In this document: piece after piece, positions 1 through 9,977 of the stretch | How positions within the stretch are numbered: the first letter of the stretch is position 1 | Layout of the letters: each line of letters opens with the position of its first letter | Source of the DNA: Octopus sinensis | Lineage: Eukaryota | Assembly: GCF_006345805.1 (NCBI RefSeq) | Contig: NW_021832300.1 | Span: forward strand, 1-29,764 | Direction: 5' to 3' | DNA: 29,764 nt | The notes under the pieces: generated by a model | Seen by the model: only the letters and a program-made list of their open reading frames with translations | What the model was told of the DNA's origin: nothing | Database searches by the model: none | Made by a program: the position numbers and the translations under genes

Positions 1-75
1 TATAATCGACTTAATACCTATGTCTGTCCTTGTTTGTCCCCTCTATGTTTAGCCCCTTGTGGGTAATAAAGATAT
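1..75 (+). mobile_element. SINE-B 3' end fragment (cut by window edge)
   Basis: Matches the 3' body of the copies at 29095-29503 and the reverse complement of 17161-18126 (atcgacttaatacctatgtctgtccttgtttgtccc...gccccttgtgggtaataaaga). Confidence 0.85.
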
Positions 76-82
76 ACATAGT

Positions 83-116
<34 letters not shown>

Positions 117-185
117 TACATCCTCCTCCCTTCCTCCATACAGTTCCCTTTATCTTTTGTGTCTATAACTTGCTTGTCATTATTA

Positions 186-303
186 ACCTGCGGCCATGCC
201 GGAGCACCAGCCTGAAGAAATTTTAAAGCCTGGTACTGATTCAACCTTACTGAACAAGTAAGGGACGTAAACACACCAACACCGGTTGCCCAGCAGTGGT
301 GAG

Positions 304-341
<38 letters not shown>

Positions 342-382
342 CAGGCTTCTTTCAGTTTCCGTCTACTAAATCCACTCACATG
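186..382 (-). mobile_element. Degenerate internal fragment of SINE-A with a (CA)n core
   Basis: gcggccatgccggagcacc, gggacgtaaacacacc and ggcttctttcagtttccgtctac match the full copies (e.g. 22891-23298). Confidence 0.8.
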
Positions 383-424
383 GTGAGACTAAACTTAGCA
401 AAATGTGGGTGCGAAGCCAGCTTC

Positions 425-1891
425 GGATCTTTTCCTTTTGAACGGCAGACAATTTCTAGTTAACTAAAAACTTTTAAACTTCGTATACTGGTAGAATGTG
501 TCAAAATAAAACATCATTTTTTTCTTGGCTTTATTGAGAAAATTCTATAGTTTGTAAGATATTTCGTCTGAAAATCCAAGCATTTCGGCAATTTTAACCT
601 ATCGATTACCTCCATTCAACTAAAATCATTTGCTGCGTCTAAAACTGAGACAACATCCTGTAACTAACCCTAAACCTCCCCCTAACCCTAATCCTAAATT
701 TATTTTTCTTAATTGTTAAATTAATTTAATTCCATTGCTTTATTTTTTTTACACACGTAACAAATTAAATTAATTTAACAATTAAGAAAAAAAAATGTAG
801 GGTTTGGGTTAGGGGGGAGGTTTTGGGTTAGTTAGAGGATGTTGTCTCAGTTTCCTTTTGAACGGCAGACAATTTCTAGTTAACTAAAAACTTTTAAACT
901 TCGTATACTGGTAGAATGTGTCAAAATAAAACATCATTTTTTTCTTGGCTTTATTGAGAAAATTCTATAGTTTGTAAGATATTTCGTCTGAAAACCAAGC
1001 ATTTCGGCAATTTTAACCTATCGATTACCTCCATTCAAAATAAAATCATTTGCTGCGTCTAAAACTGAGACAACATCCTGTAACTAACCTAAACCTCCCC
1101 CTAACCCTAATCCTAAATTTATTTTTCTTAATTGTTAATTAATTTAATTCCATTGCTTTATTTTTTTTACACACGTAACAAATTAAATTATTTAACAATT
1201 AGAAAAAAAATGTAGGGTTTGGGTTAGGGGGGAAGTTTTGGGTCAGTTAGAGGATGTTGTCTCAGTTTCCTTTTGAACGGCAGACAATTTCTAGTTAACT
1301 AAAAACTTTTAAACTTCGTATACTGGTAGAATGTGTCAAATAAACATCATTTTTTCTTGGCTTTATTGAGAAAATTCTATAGTTTGTAAGATATTTCGTC
1401 TGAAAATCCAAGCATTTCGGCAATTTTAACCTATCGATTACCTCCATTCAACTAAAATCATTTGCTGCGTCTAAAACTGAGACAACATCCTGTAACTAAC
1501 CCTAAACCTCCCCCTAACCCTAATCCTAAATTTATTTTTCTTAATTGTTAAATTAATTTAATTCCATTGCTTTATTTTTTTTACACACGTAACAAATTAA
1601 ATTAATTTAACAATTAAGAAAAAAAAATGTAGGGTTTGGGTTAGGGGGGAGGTTTTGGGTTAGTTAGAGGATGTTGTCTCAGTTTTAGACGCAGCAAATG
1701 ATTTTAGCTCAAAAGAGAGCATAGGATTGGTTAAAATTAGAAAAATTAAACTACGTTAAACAAACAAATTACAATTTTCTCAAGAAAGCCAAGAGAAAAA
1801 AATGTTTTATCTTGACACATTCTACCAGTATACGAAATTTTAAGGTGTTTAGTTAACTAGAAATTGTCTGTCATTCAAAAGGAAAAGATCC
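425..1891. mobile_element. Palindromic MITE with long TIRs and an 8-bp TSD (Merlin-like), internally triplicated
   Basis: Left end ggatcttttccttttgaa (425) and right end ttcaaaaggaaaagatcc (1891). Flanks ccagcttc (417-424) and ccagtttc (1892-1899). A ~415-420 bp unit starts at 431, 851 and 1266. The superfamily call rests on GG termini plus the 8-bp TSD. Confidence 0.8.
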
Positions 1892-2029
1892 CCAGTTTCT
1901 TACCACACAACCACGAACACACACACACACACGCACAACAGGCTTTCATTTTGTGCTGCAATTAAAAATGCTTCAGTCTCTGCTTTGAGACCTGAGCTTC
2001 TGGGCCGTTGTTGGAATTTTGCTTTGTCT

Positions 2030-2459
2030 TTCTTTCTTTTCTTTTTCTTTTTACTTGTTTCAGACATTTTGACTGCGGCCATGCTGGAGCACCGCCTTTA
2101 ATCGAGCAACTCGACCCCGGGACGTATTCTTTTGTAAGCCCAGTACTTATTCTATCGGTCTCTTTTGCCGAACCGCTAAGTGACGGGGACGTAAACACAC
2201 CAGCATCGGTTGTCAAGCAATGCTAGGGGGACAAACACAGACACACAAACACACACACATACATACATACATATATATATATATATACATATATACGACG
2301 GGCTTCTTTCAGTTTCCGTCAACCAAATCCACTCCCAAGGCTTTGGTCAGCCCGGGGCTATAACAGAAGACACTTGCCCAAGGTGCCACGCAGTGGGACT
2401 GAACCCGGAACCATGTGGTTGGTAAACAAGCTACTTACCACACAGCCACTCCTGCGCCT
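2030..2459 (-). mobile_element. Full-length tRNA-derived SINE-A (CORE-like central motif) inserted in the Dong LINE
   Basis: Minus-strand head aggcgcaggagtggctgtgtgg (A box) ... ggttcagtccc (B box), then caccttgggcaagtgtc (resembles the MIR/CORE motif). Short TSD tgtct at 2025-2029 and 2459-2463; the LINE peptide KID/KAK is continuous across it. Confidence 0.9.
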
Positions 2460-2694
2460 GTCTATCTTGTTTCTGTTTAACTTAAGCCAGTATTTACCAT
2501 AAAGGGGCTTTTCTTCCCATCGTTTTATCATGATCCGTTGCTGTTCCAGTTTTAGTTTGGATTTCAGTTGTTTCACAGCTTTCCTTGTTTCTTCTTTTTC
2601 TCCATAGTTGTTAGGTACTTTCACCTCTTTTTTGTATTTGTGAGCTTCCTTAAAGACAAAAATCAGTTCTTTTTAAAAATTTTGTTTGTGTTTT

Positions 2695-3788
2695 CAATTG
2701 AGTTCTTAAGCAGATCAGGCCGAAAATGTCGCTAGAAGCTAGGATCACCAAGCATAGATTGGCATATTTCGGTCATATTATGCCGGGAAAATCCCTGGAG
2801 AAGGACATCATGCTCGGAATGGTCAGTGGCAAGAGAGGAAGAGGCCGACCAATGGAGAAGTTCTGAAGCAGATCAGGCCGAAAATGTCGCTAGAAGCTCG
2901 GATCACCAAGCATAGATTGGCATATTTCGGTCATATTATGCGGAGAAAATCCCTGGAGAAGGACATCATGCTTGGAATGGTCAGTGGCAAGAGAGGAAGA
3001 GGCCGACCAATGGAGAAGTTCTTAAGCAGATCAGGCCAAAAATGTCACTAGAAGCTTGGATCACCAAGCATAGATTGGCATATTTCAGTCATATTATGCA
3101 GAGAAAATCTCTGGAGTAGGACATCATGCTTGGAATGGTCAGTGGCAAGAGAGGAAGAGGCCGACCAATGGAGAAGTTCTTAAGCAGATCAGGCCAAAAA
3201 TGTCACTAGAAGCTTGGATCACCAAGCATAGATTGCCATATTTCAGTCATATTATGCAGAGAAAATCCCTGGAGAAGGACATCATGCTTGGAATGGTCAG
3301 TGGCAAGAGAGGAAGAGGCCGACCAATGGAGAAGTTCTTAAGCAGATCAGGCCGAAAATGTCACTAGAAGCTTGGATCACCAAGCATAGATTGCCATATT
3401 TCAGTCATATTATGCAGAGAAAATCTCTGGAGAAGGACATCATGCTCGGAATGGTCAGTGGCAAGAGAGGAAGAGGTCGACCAATGGAGAAGTTCTTAAG
3501 CAGATAAGGCCGAAAATGTCGCTAGAAGCTAGGATCACCAAGCGTAGATTGGCATATTTCGGTCATATTATGCGGAGAAAATCCCTGGAGAAGGACGTCA
3601 TGCTCGGAATGGTCAGTGGCAAGAGAGGAAGAGGCCGACCAAGAACCCGCTGGCTTGACACCATCAAGAGGGATTACGGAATGGACATAGCCAGTCTGAA
3701 AGAAGCGACCCAGGATAGAACTGACTGGAGGACACTGATCCATCGAGTGACCAAGAGTCGACTTCGACTGAGCGGATAGATAGAGAGG
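2695..3788 (+). mobile_element. RTE (BovB-like) LINE 3' end carrying six tandem 158-bp copies
   Basis: The last copy encodes LEARITKRRLAYFGHIMRRKSLEKDVMLGMVSGKRGRGRPRTRWLDTIK...DRTDWR...VTKSRLRL, the classic RTE ORF C-terminus. Units start at 2701, 2859, 3017, 3175, 3333 and 3491. 9-bp TSD ttgtgtttt at 2686-2694 and 3789-3797. Confidence 0.93.
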
Positions 3789-4377
3789 TTGTGTTTTGTG
3801 GATATTTGTATCTGTTTTCCTTGCCTCTGAAGTAGGTATTTCTGCAATCCTATGGTGGTCATTTTGTAATAGTTTTCTATCTGCATAAGGCCTCTACCAC
3901 CTTCAATATGGCCTATATATAGAATTTCCTAAATCATGTCATAATCTTTCATGTTTTCCTATTTTGATTAGTTCATTTAGAGTCCAGCTAAGAACATTGT
4001 AGCTGTAACTTATAACTGGGACAGCTAAAGTGTTAATACCTATTATCTTGATTTTTGCATTGAGCTCCATTTTCAGTCTTCATCTAACTTGCCTATAATA
4101 TTACTTCCCTGTCTCATCTTTCATTTGTATGTGTCATATCCTATCTAGTTCATTGATTCCTAAGTATTTGCATGTTTGGCTTTTGTCTAATTCTCTTATT
4201 TCATTTGCTTCATCGAGTGTAATGTTGCAACTCTTAACTAGTTTCCCTCTTTTCAAGGTTACTTTGGCCCATTTTTCTAAGCCAAATTTCATTTTTATTT
4301 CTTTGGTAAATCCAAGCACTGTCTGTAGAAATGTTTCCAGCTGTTTGTCATTTGTTACGTACAGTTTTAGATCATCA

Positions 4378-4420
<43 letters not shown>

Positions 4421-4422
<2 letters not shown>

Positions 4423-4811
4423 TCTTTTTTACTCTTTTCTCTTTTACTTGTTTCAGTCATTTGACTTTGGCCATGCTGGAGCACCGCCTTTAATCGAGCA
4501 ACTCGACCCCGGGACTTATTCTTTTGTAAGCCCAGTACTCATTCTATTGGTCTCTTTTGCCGAACCGCTAAGTAACGGGGACATAAACACACCAGCATCG
4601 GTTGTCAAGCAATGCTAGGGGGACAAACACAGACACGCAAACATACAAACATATATGATGGGCTTCTTTCAGTTTCCGTCAACCAAATCAACTCACAAGG
4701 CTTTGGTCGGCCCAAGGCTATAGTAGAAGACACTTGCCCAAGGTGCCACGCAGTGGTACTGAACCCAGAACCATGTGGTTGGTAAACAAGCTACTTACCA
4801 CACAGCCACTC
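4421..4811 (-). mobile_element. SINE-A inserted within a (TAA)n tract
   Basis: Near-full copy flanked on both sides by (att)n (4380-4420 and 4812 onward). Confidence 0.9.
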
Positions 4812-4862
<51 letters not shown>

Positions 4863-5342
4863 CATCATCATCATCATCATTATTATTTTTTTCCCTTCTT
4901 TCTTCAAATTTCCTTCTGTTTCTCACCGAGTGTTTTCCGTACACCTAAGGCAGAGAAGCTCATTGTATGCATTCCCAGATTACACACGCAAATTCAAAGA
5001 TAAAATATGTATTTAAAAATTAATAAATAAATAAATTCATAAATGGATGTTATTTTCTCAGCGATAATGCTCTTCTCAGTACATGAGCTGTTCCAGTTAA
5101 CACAATTTTTTGCACTTCCTGTAGGGATGGTAAGCCTGGAATCATTTTCAAATAGGTTTCAGTACCTTTTTTTTATCATTCCTAGAGATCCTACAATCAC
5201 TGGTACTGTAGTCGCCTTGAGATGCCACATTTTTTCAATTTCTATTAGCAAGTCTTTATATTTACTGATCTTGTCAAATTCTTTCGTTGTTATATTGTAA
5301 TCGCAAGTAATAGTCATGTCAATTAATAAACACTCATTTTTT
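4812..5342 (-). mobile_element. R4/Dong-clade LINE 3' end: RLE endonuclease C-terminus, 3' UTR and (TAA)n tail
   Basis: Minus-strand translation CLLIDMTITCDYNITTKEFDKISKYKDLLIEIEKMWHLKATTVPVIVGSLGMIKK, frameshift, GTETYLKMIPGLPSLQEVQKIVLTGTAHVLRRALSLRK* (stop at 5050-5052). This fits the PD-(D/E)xK RLE C-terminal pattern. The tail is (TAA/TGA)n. Confidence 0.88.
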
Positions 5343-5345
5343 ATT

Positions 5346-6052
5346 CATCATCATCATCATCGTTTAACATGGGTTAGACATGGGTTAGACAGTTCGACTG
5401 GGGTCTGGGAAGCCAGAAGGCTGCACCAGGCTCCAGTCTGATCAGGCAGAGTTTCTACAGCTGGATGCCCTTCCTAATGCCAACCACTCCATGAGTGTAG
5501 TGAGTGCTTTTTACGTGCCACCGGCACAGGTGCCAGATGAGGCTGGCGAACGGCCACGATCGGTTGCTGCTTTTTATATGCCACCGGCACAGAAGCCAGT
5601 CAAGGCAGAGCTGGTATCGGCCACATTCAGATGGTGCTTTTTATGTGCCACCGGCACAGGGATCACAACTACAATTTCCATTTGATTTTTTGATGTTGAT
5701 GTACTTGACTCAATAGGTCTCCTCAAGCACAGGGTCAAAACGGTGTTTCTTTACTTGCCACCTGCACAGGAGTCAGTCCAGCGGCACTGGCAATGGCCGG
5801 GTGCCAATCATAGGATTTGGTTCAATTTCGATTCCAATTTCACTTGCCCCAACAGGTCTTCGCAAACAGAGTTTAGTGTCCAATGAAGGGAAGTTGGCAT
5901 GGGTGCCAATCGTCGGGTGTGGTTCGATTTCGAATTCAATTTTGATTTCCCTTGCCTCAACAGGTCTTTGCAAGTAGAGTTTTGTGTCCAAAGAAGGAAA
6001 GGTATAGATAAGTGGGCTGGCTACATCCCTGGCAAAGGCCACGGGTTATGGA
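5346..6052 (-). mobile_element. SINE-C-type retroposon with a (TGA)n tail and internal sub-repeats
   Basis: Starts catcatcatcgtttaac and contains ctggatgcccttcctaatgccaacc plus repeated gtgctttttacgtgccaccggcac blocks. Same family as 8603-8900, 18135-18700 and 18705-18965. Confidence 0.75.
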
Positions 6053-6166
6053 CTATTATTATTATTATTATTGAGTGAGAGAGCAGTGCATGCCATCAAA
6101 GTGACACTGGAGTAAAATATACGAAGCCCAGTATACCCATCATGACTACCCGTGTGATAAGGGTAG
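6053..6166 (-). mobile_element. Probable retroposon 3' end with a (TAA)n tail (element D)
   Basis: An (att)n run is followed by gagtgagagagcagtgcatgccatcaaagtgacactgg..., which I recall as a common octopus repeat. Single copy in this window. Confidence 0.45.
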
Positions 6167-6167
6167 A

Positions 6168-6270
6168 TATAGTAGAAGACACTTGCCCAAGGTCCTACAC
6201 ACGTTGGGACTGAACCCGGAACCATTTGGTTGGTAAGCAAGGTACTTACCACACAACCATGCCTGCACCT
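6168..6270 (-). mobile_element. SINE-A 5' head fragment
   Basis: tatagtagaagacacttgcccaagg...gggactgaacccggaacc...cttaccacacaaccatgcctgcacct matches the head of the full copies. Confidence 0.85.
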
Positions 6271-6287
6271 ATATACCACCCAGCCAG

Positions 6288-6307
6288 TATGTATGTATGT
6301 GTGTATG

Positions 6308-6340
<33 letters not shown>

Positions 6341-6616
6341 TTATGTTTGTATGTATGTATGTATGTATGTGTGTAAGTATGCATGTATGTATGTATGTTT
6401 GTATGTATGTGTGTATTTATGTATTTATGTATGTATGTATGTATGTATGTATGTATGTGCGTGTGTGTGTGCATGTATGTATGTGTGTATGTATGTATGT
6501 ATGCATGCGTGTATGTATGCATGTATGTATGTATGTATGTATGTATGTATGTATGTATGTATGCATGCATGCATGTATATATGTATGCATGTACATATAT
6601 ATGTATGCATGTATGT
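6288..6616. repeat. (ATGT)n/(GT)n compound microsatellite
   Basis: Read directly from the sequence; source of the MYVC/HTYI pseudo-ORFs. Confidence 0.95.
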
Positions 6617-6924
6617 GTGGTAGTCTCTTGTAGCTGAGAAAGACAGACTGCAATTTCTCACCAAACAACTTTTGTAAACGATTTGTTTATTACCGGTAAC
6701 CATGAGCTTGCACAAGATTTATTTTCAACGTGATAATATGATAGCACACGTGACATTTAAAGCGATATTATTCATGACAAAGGAGCGTCCGGGTCAACTT
6801 TGAATGATATCCTCGTCCGGTGCGAATTTCTTTAATCAGAAACTATTGAAGTTTTGTTTTTGGGATTGGTGATAAGTTCAATAAAGAAGAGAAATAAAAA
6901 TATTCATGGATAGGTGGAAGTATG

Positions 6925-7048
6925 GCTTGGCTGTGTGGGTTAAGCATTTTGCTTCCTTGGCTGCATGGTTCTGGGTTCAATACCACCGCCTGGCAACTTG
7001 GTTCGATTTTTTTTTACTTCTACGGTCCTGGTATGACCAAAGACTGTA
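6925..7048 (+). mobile_element. Old degenerate SINE-A head
   Basis: tggctgtgtgg (A box) and ggttctgggttcaatacc (B box-like). Confidence 0.6.
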
Positions 7049-7105
7049 TAAATATATATATATATATGTCGTGTATATGTATATATATATATATGTATGT
7101 ATATA

Positions 7106-7162
<57 letters not shown>

Positions 7163-7220
7163 AATATATATATATAATATATATGTATGTATATATATAT
7201 GTATGTATGTATATATATAT

Positions 7221-7278
7221 ATAACCCATGCTAGCATGGAAAACGGACGCTAAATGATGATGATGATGATGATGATGA
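7221..7278 (+). mobile_element. SINE-C 3' terminus with (TGA)n tail
   Basis: aacccatgctagcatggaaaacggacgctaaatgatgatg is the reverse complement of the start of 8603-8900. Confidence 0.8.
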
Positions 7279-7290
7279 TATATATATTAT

Positions 7291-7601
7291 AACATTATTC
7301 ATGAATTGAAGAAATGGAGCTGAACGCAGATTGAACAGAAATCGTTTTATTTCATTCTACATGTGTTTCGAAACACGTGTAGAATGAAATAAAACGATTT
7401 CTGTTCAATCTGCGTTCAGCTCCATTTCTTCAATTCACCAATAATGTTTTAATTTCAATTATCCGCACCAACGCACGGTTGCAACGCCAGATGGTTGTAC
7501 CTCCAACCGTGCTGTTTACTGCTGTGATTTTTGCTACTAAGGTATCGGTTAAACTTTTGATTAATCTACTACAAGATTATTCATCTTTCTATTTCACATA
7601 A
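7291..7601 (-). mobile_element. (TA)n-flanked element E, fold-back copy (136-bp palindrome at 7302-7437)
   Basis: 68-bp arms centred on tt-c|g-aa (7369/7370) with 1 mismatch. 7554-7601 is an exact inverted copy of 8061-8108. Confidence 0.8.
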
Positions 7602-7627
7602 TTATATATATTATATATATATATATA

Positions 7628-8040
7628 TACAAATTGAGATAGGGGTTGTGAGTGCAACCCACCATGGGATAACATATATCCAATATACTGCCAGTAAAGC
7701 ACCCAACAAAGTTAATACATGCAATTAATTCATTTACTGTATTATATGGGCGAAGGTAAAATGATTTACCACAAATTACTAATACAAGATAAGAAAATGG
7801 AGAAATACATCTAAATCAATAATCAACTACCAGATAATACCCAATCACATACTTTATTAAACCACCACATATGAACATTAAGGTCACTGTATCATATTAC
7901 TCATTGATGTGCATTGTTTTGTTCTGTACTATTATGTTTGACCTTGATGTTCATATGTAGTGGTTTAATAAATTATGTGATTGGGTATTATCTGGTAGTT
8001 GATTATTGATTAAGGTGTATTTCTCCATTTTCTGACTTTG
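7628..8040. mobile_element. (TA)n-flanked element F with a 95-bp inverted arm
   Basis: Arms 7792-7886 and 7939-8033, 5 mismatches by eye. A second copy of the family lies at 13917-14260 in the opposite orientation. Confidence 0.8.
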
Positions 8041-8060
8041 TATATATATATATATATATA

Positions 8061-8314
8061 TTATGTGAAATAGAAAGATGAATAATCTTGTAGTAGATTA
8101 ATCAAAAGTGTGCTCTTAGGAGCACAGTTCGATTTGTTTTTTGCTCTGCCTCTGTTCTGTTTTTGTTTTTCCAACGGATTTCCTTTTTTCTTCCTGAAGA
8201 GAAAGACACAATATGGTCCCATTATTCAATCGGATTTTGGTAATTTGTGCCTTTCGAAACACGTGTAGAATGAAATAAAACGATTTCTGTTCAATCTGCG
8301 TACAGCTCCATTTC

Positions 8315-8317
<3 letters not shown>
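8061..8317 (+). mobile_element. (TA)n-flanked element E carrying a hammerhead motif (Penelope pLTR/retrozyme-like)
   Basis: Shares its head and tail with 7291-7601 and is flanked by (TA)n on both sides. Confidence 0.75.
8187..8275 (+). ncRNA. Type I hammerhead ribozyme motif
   Basis: Stem I 5' tttcttc (8187-8193); core CTGAAGA (8194-8200); stem II gaaagacacaa (8201-8211) with ttgtgcctttc (8245-8255); GAAA (8256-8259); short stem III with palindromic loop C-acgt-G; cleavage triplet GUA (8265-8267); stem I 3' gaatgaaa (8268-8275). Confidence 0.75.
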
Positions 8318-8346
<29 letters not shown>

Positions 8347-8350
<4 letters not shown>

Positions 8351-8551
8351 GAAGGGTGAAATTAATTAATTTGGAATAATTATCAATTACACCAAGTAGT
8401 CTTCGGCATGTAAAAGCCTCATTCGAGGAAAATTTAAGTAATACTAAGCAATAAAGGGTTAGCAACGAATTGCCTTACCACATACCTAAATTCGGTATTT
8501 CTAAATTGGTATGTGGTAAGGCAATTCGTTGCTAAACCCTTTATTGCTTAG

Positions 8552-8554
<3 letters not shown>
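8347..8554. mobile_element. (TA)n-flanked element G with a ~46-bp inverted arm
   Basis: Arms 8441-8486 and 8508-8554 are identical apart from one indel; (TA)n on both flanks. Confidence 0.7.
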
Positions 8555-8585
<31 letters not shown>

Positions 8586-8602
8586 TAAATTAGAGATAAA
8601 AC

Positions 8603-8900
8603 CATCATCATCATCATCATCGTTTAGCATCCGCTTTCCATGCTAGCATGGGTTGGACGGTTCAACTGGGGTCTGGTAAGCCAGGAGGCTGCACCAGGCT
8701 CCAGTCTGATTTGGCAATGTTTCTACGGCTGGATGCCCTTCCTAACGCCAACAACTCCGAGAGTGTAGTGGGTGCTTTTTACGTGCCAGACGAGGCTGGC
8801 AAATGGCCACGATCGGATGGTGCTTTTTATGTCCCACCGGCACGGAGGCACTGGTATCACAGCTACAATTTCCATTGATGTTGATCGATTTTGATTTTGA
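8603..8900 (-). mobile_element. SINE-C 3' portion
   Basis: (CAT)n, then cgtttagcatccgctttccatgctagcatgggttgg...ggatgcccttcctaacgcc. Confidence 0.8.
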
Positions 8901-9066
8901 ATAAGTGTGAAAAATCGAATATTAATTTGATTAATATCAATTTAAAACCAGTGGTATAGCATATAGAAAAATCTGAAGATTATGATTACACACATATATG
9001 TATATGTATATATGTTTTATATATATATGTGTGTGTGTGTGTGTATATATGTATATATATGTATAT

Positions 9067-9158
9067 GATAATGATGATGACGGTGGTGGCAGTGGTTGCC
9101 ATAGTGGTGGTAGTGGTGGTGATGATGACAGTGGCGGTGATTGTGATGGTAGTGGTAG

Positions 9159-9190
<32 letters not shown>

Positions 9191-9350
9191 GCGGTGGTTG
9201 CGATGGTGGTGGTGATGATGATGATGATCGTGTTGGCAGGGGATGTGATGGTGGTGTTGATGATGATGATGATGATGATGATGATTATGATGATGACGAT
9301 GATGGTTGCAGTGGTGGTGGTGGTGGTGGTGGTGGCGGTGTTAATGACAA
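9067..9350. repeat. (GAT/GGT)n low-complexity tract
   Basis: Read directly from the sequence. Confidence 0.9.
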
Positions 9351-9694
9351 TGAATTTGAGAACAAAGACGACGAATGTCGTTACCATAGAAACCTAACCC
9401 CCACCCCACCCCACCCCCCACCTGCTTATTAAACGAACAAGAACAACAAACTTTGAACCGTTACAAACTATCAACCATTATGGCTGCATTTCATTACATT
9501 TTATTCTATTTACTTTTTGTTTCTTTGTGTTTTTGTCTTTAATTACACCTAAAAACAATTAGCTTACATGAAACTCCGACCTCCAAAGGTCAAAATGCCA
9601 TCTCTTTGAATTCTAAACACTGACCCCCACCCTGGGCCCATTATGTCCAAAACATTGATCTCTGGACCAGATTATAGTTGTATTATTTTATTCT

Positions 9695-9805
9695 TATACT
9701 TGTTTCAGTCCTTTGACTGTGGCCATGCTGGAGCACCGCCTGCGACGGTTTCCGTCGAAGGAATCGACCCCAGAACTAATTTCTTGTAAGCCTAGTAATT
9801 ATTCT
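9695..9805 (-). mobile_element. SINE-A 3' fragment
   Basis: cttgtttcagtcctttgactgtggccatgctggagcaccgcc. Confidence 0.85.
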
Positions 9806-9812
9806 TTTCTAC

Positions 9813-9977
9813 ACTAGGCACAAGGCCTGGAATTTTGGGGGAAGGGGGCCAGGCGATTAGATTGACACCCCCCCCTCCCCAGTACACAACTGGTACTTAA
9901 TTTATCGACCCTGAAACGATGAAAGGCAAAGTCGACCTCGGCGGAATTTGAACTCAGAACGTGACGGCAGACGAAAC
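9813..9977 (-). mobile_element. SINE-B variant (different 3' end), headless
   Basis: Contains ctggtacttaatttatcgaccc...gatgaaaggcaaagtcgacctcggcggaatttgaactcag and ends at cagacgaaa. Confidence 0.8.

Larger units (their letters stand above)
1940..4379 (-). mobile_element. R4/Dong-clade (RLE) non-LTR retrotransposon remnant: RT C-terminus to pre-zinc-finger region, interrupted by an RTE array and a SINE
   Basis: Minus-strand translation of the pieces gives IDDLKLY...KMKFGLEKWAKVTLKRGKL...KYLGINE (RT domain 5-7 region), MQIENYYKMTTIGLQKYL, RWEEKPLYGKY and KIDKAKFQQRPRSSGLKAETEAFLIAAQ. These motifs are typical of R4/Dong ORFs. The 5' end abuts (TAA)n. Confidence 0.85.

Noticed and set aside
6620-6905. 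Unique stretch as a possible exon or enhancer
   Set aside because: The frames I tried close quickly, and only a lone CACGTG stands out.
8390-8435. Possible hammerhead on the minus strand of element G (ctcgaatgaggc...gccgaagac)
   Set aside because: Both core segments deviate from CUGANGA and GAAA; at best a decayed relic.
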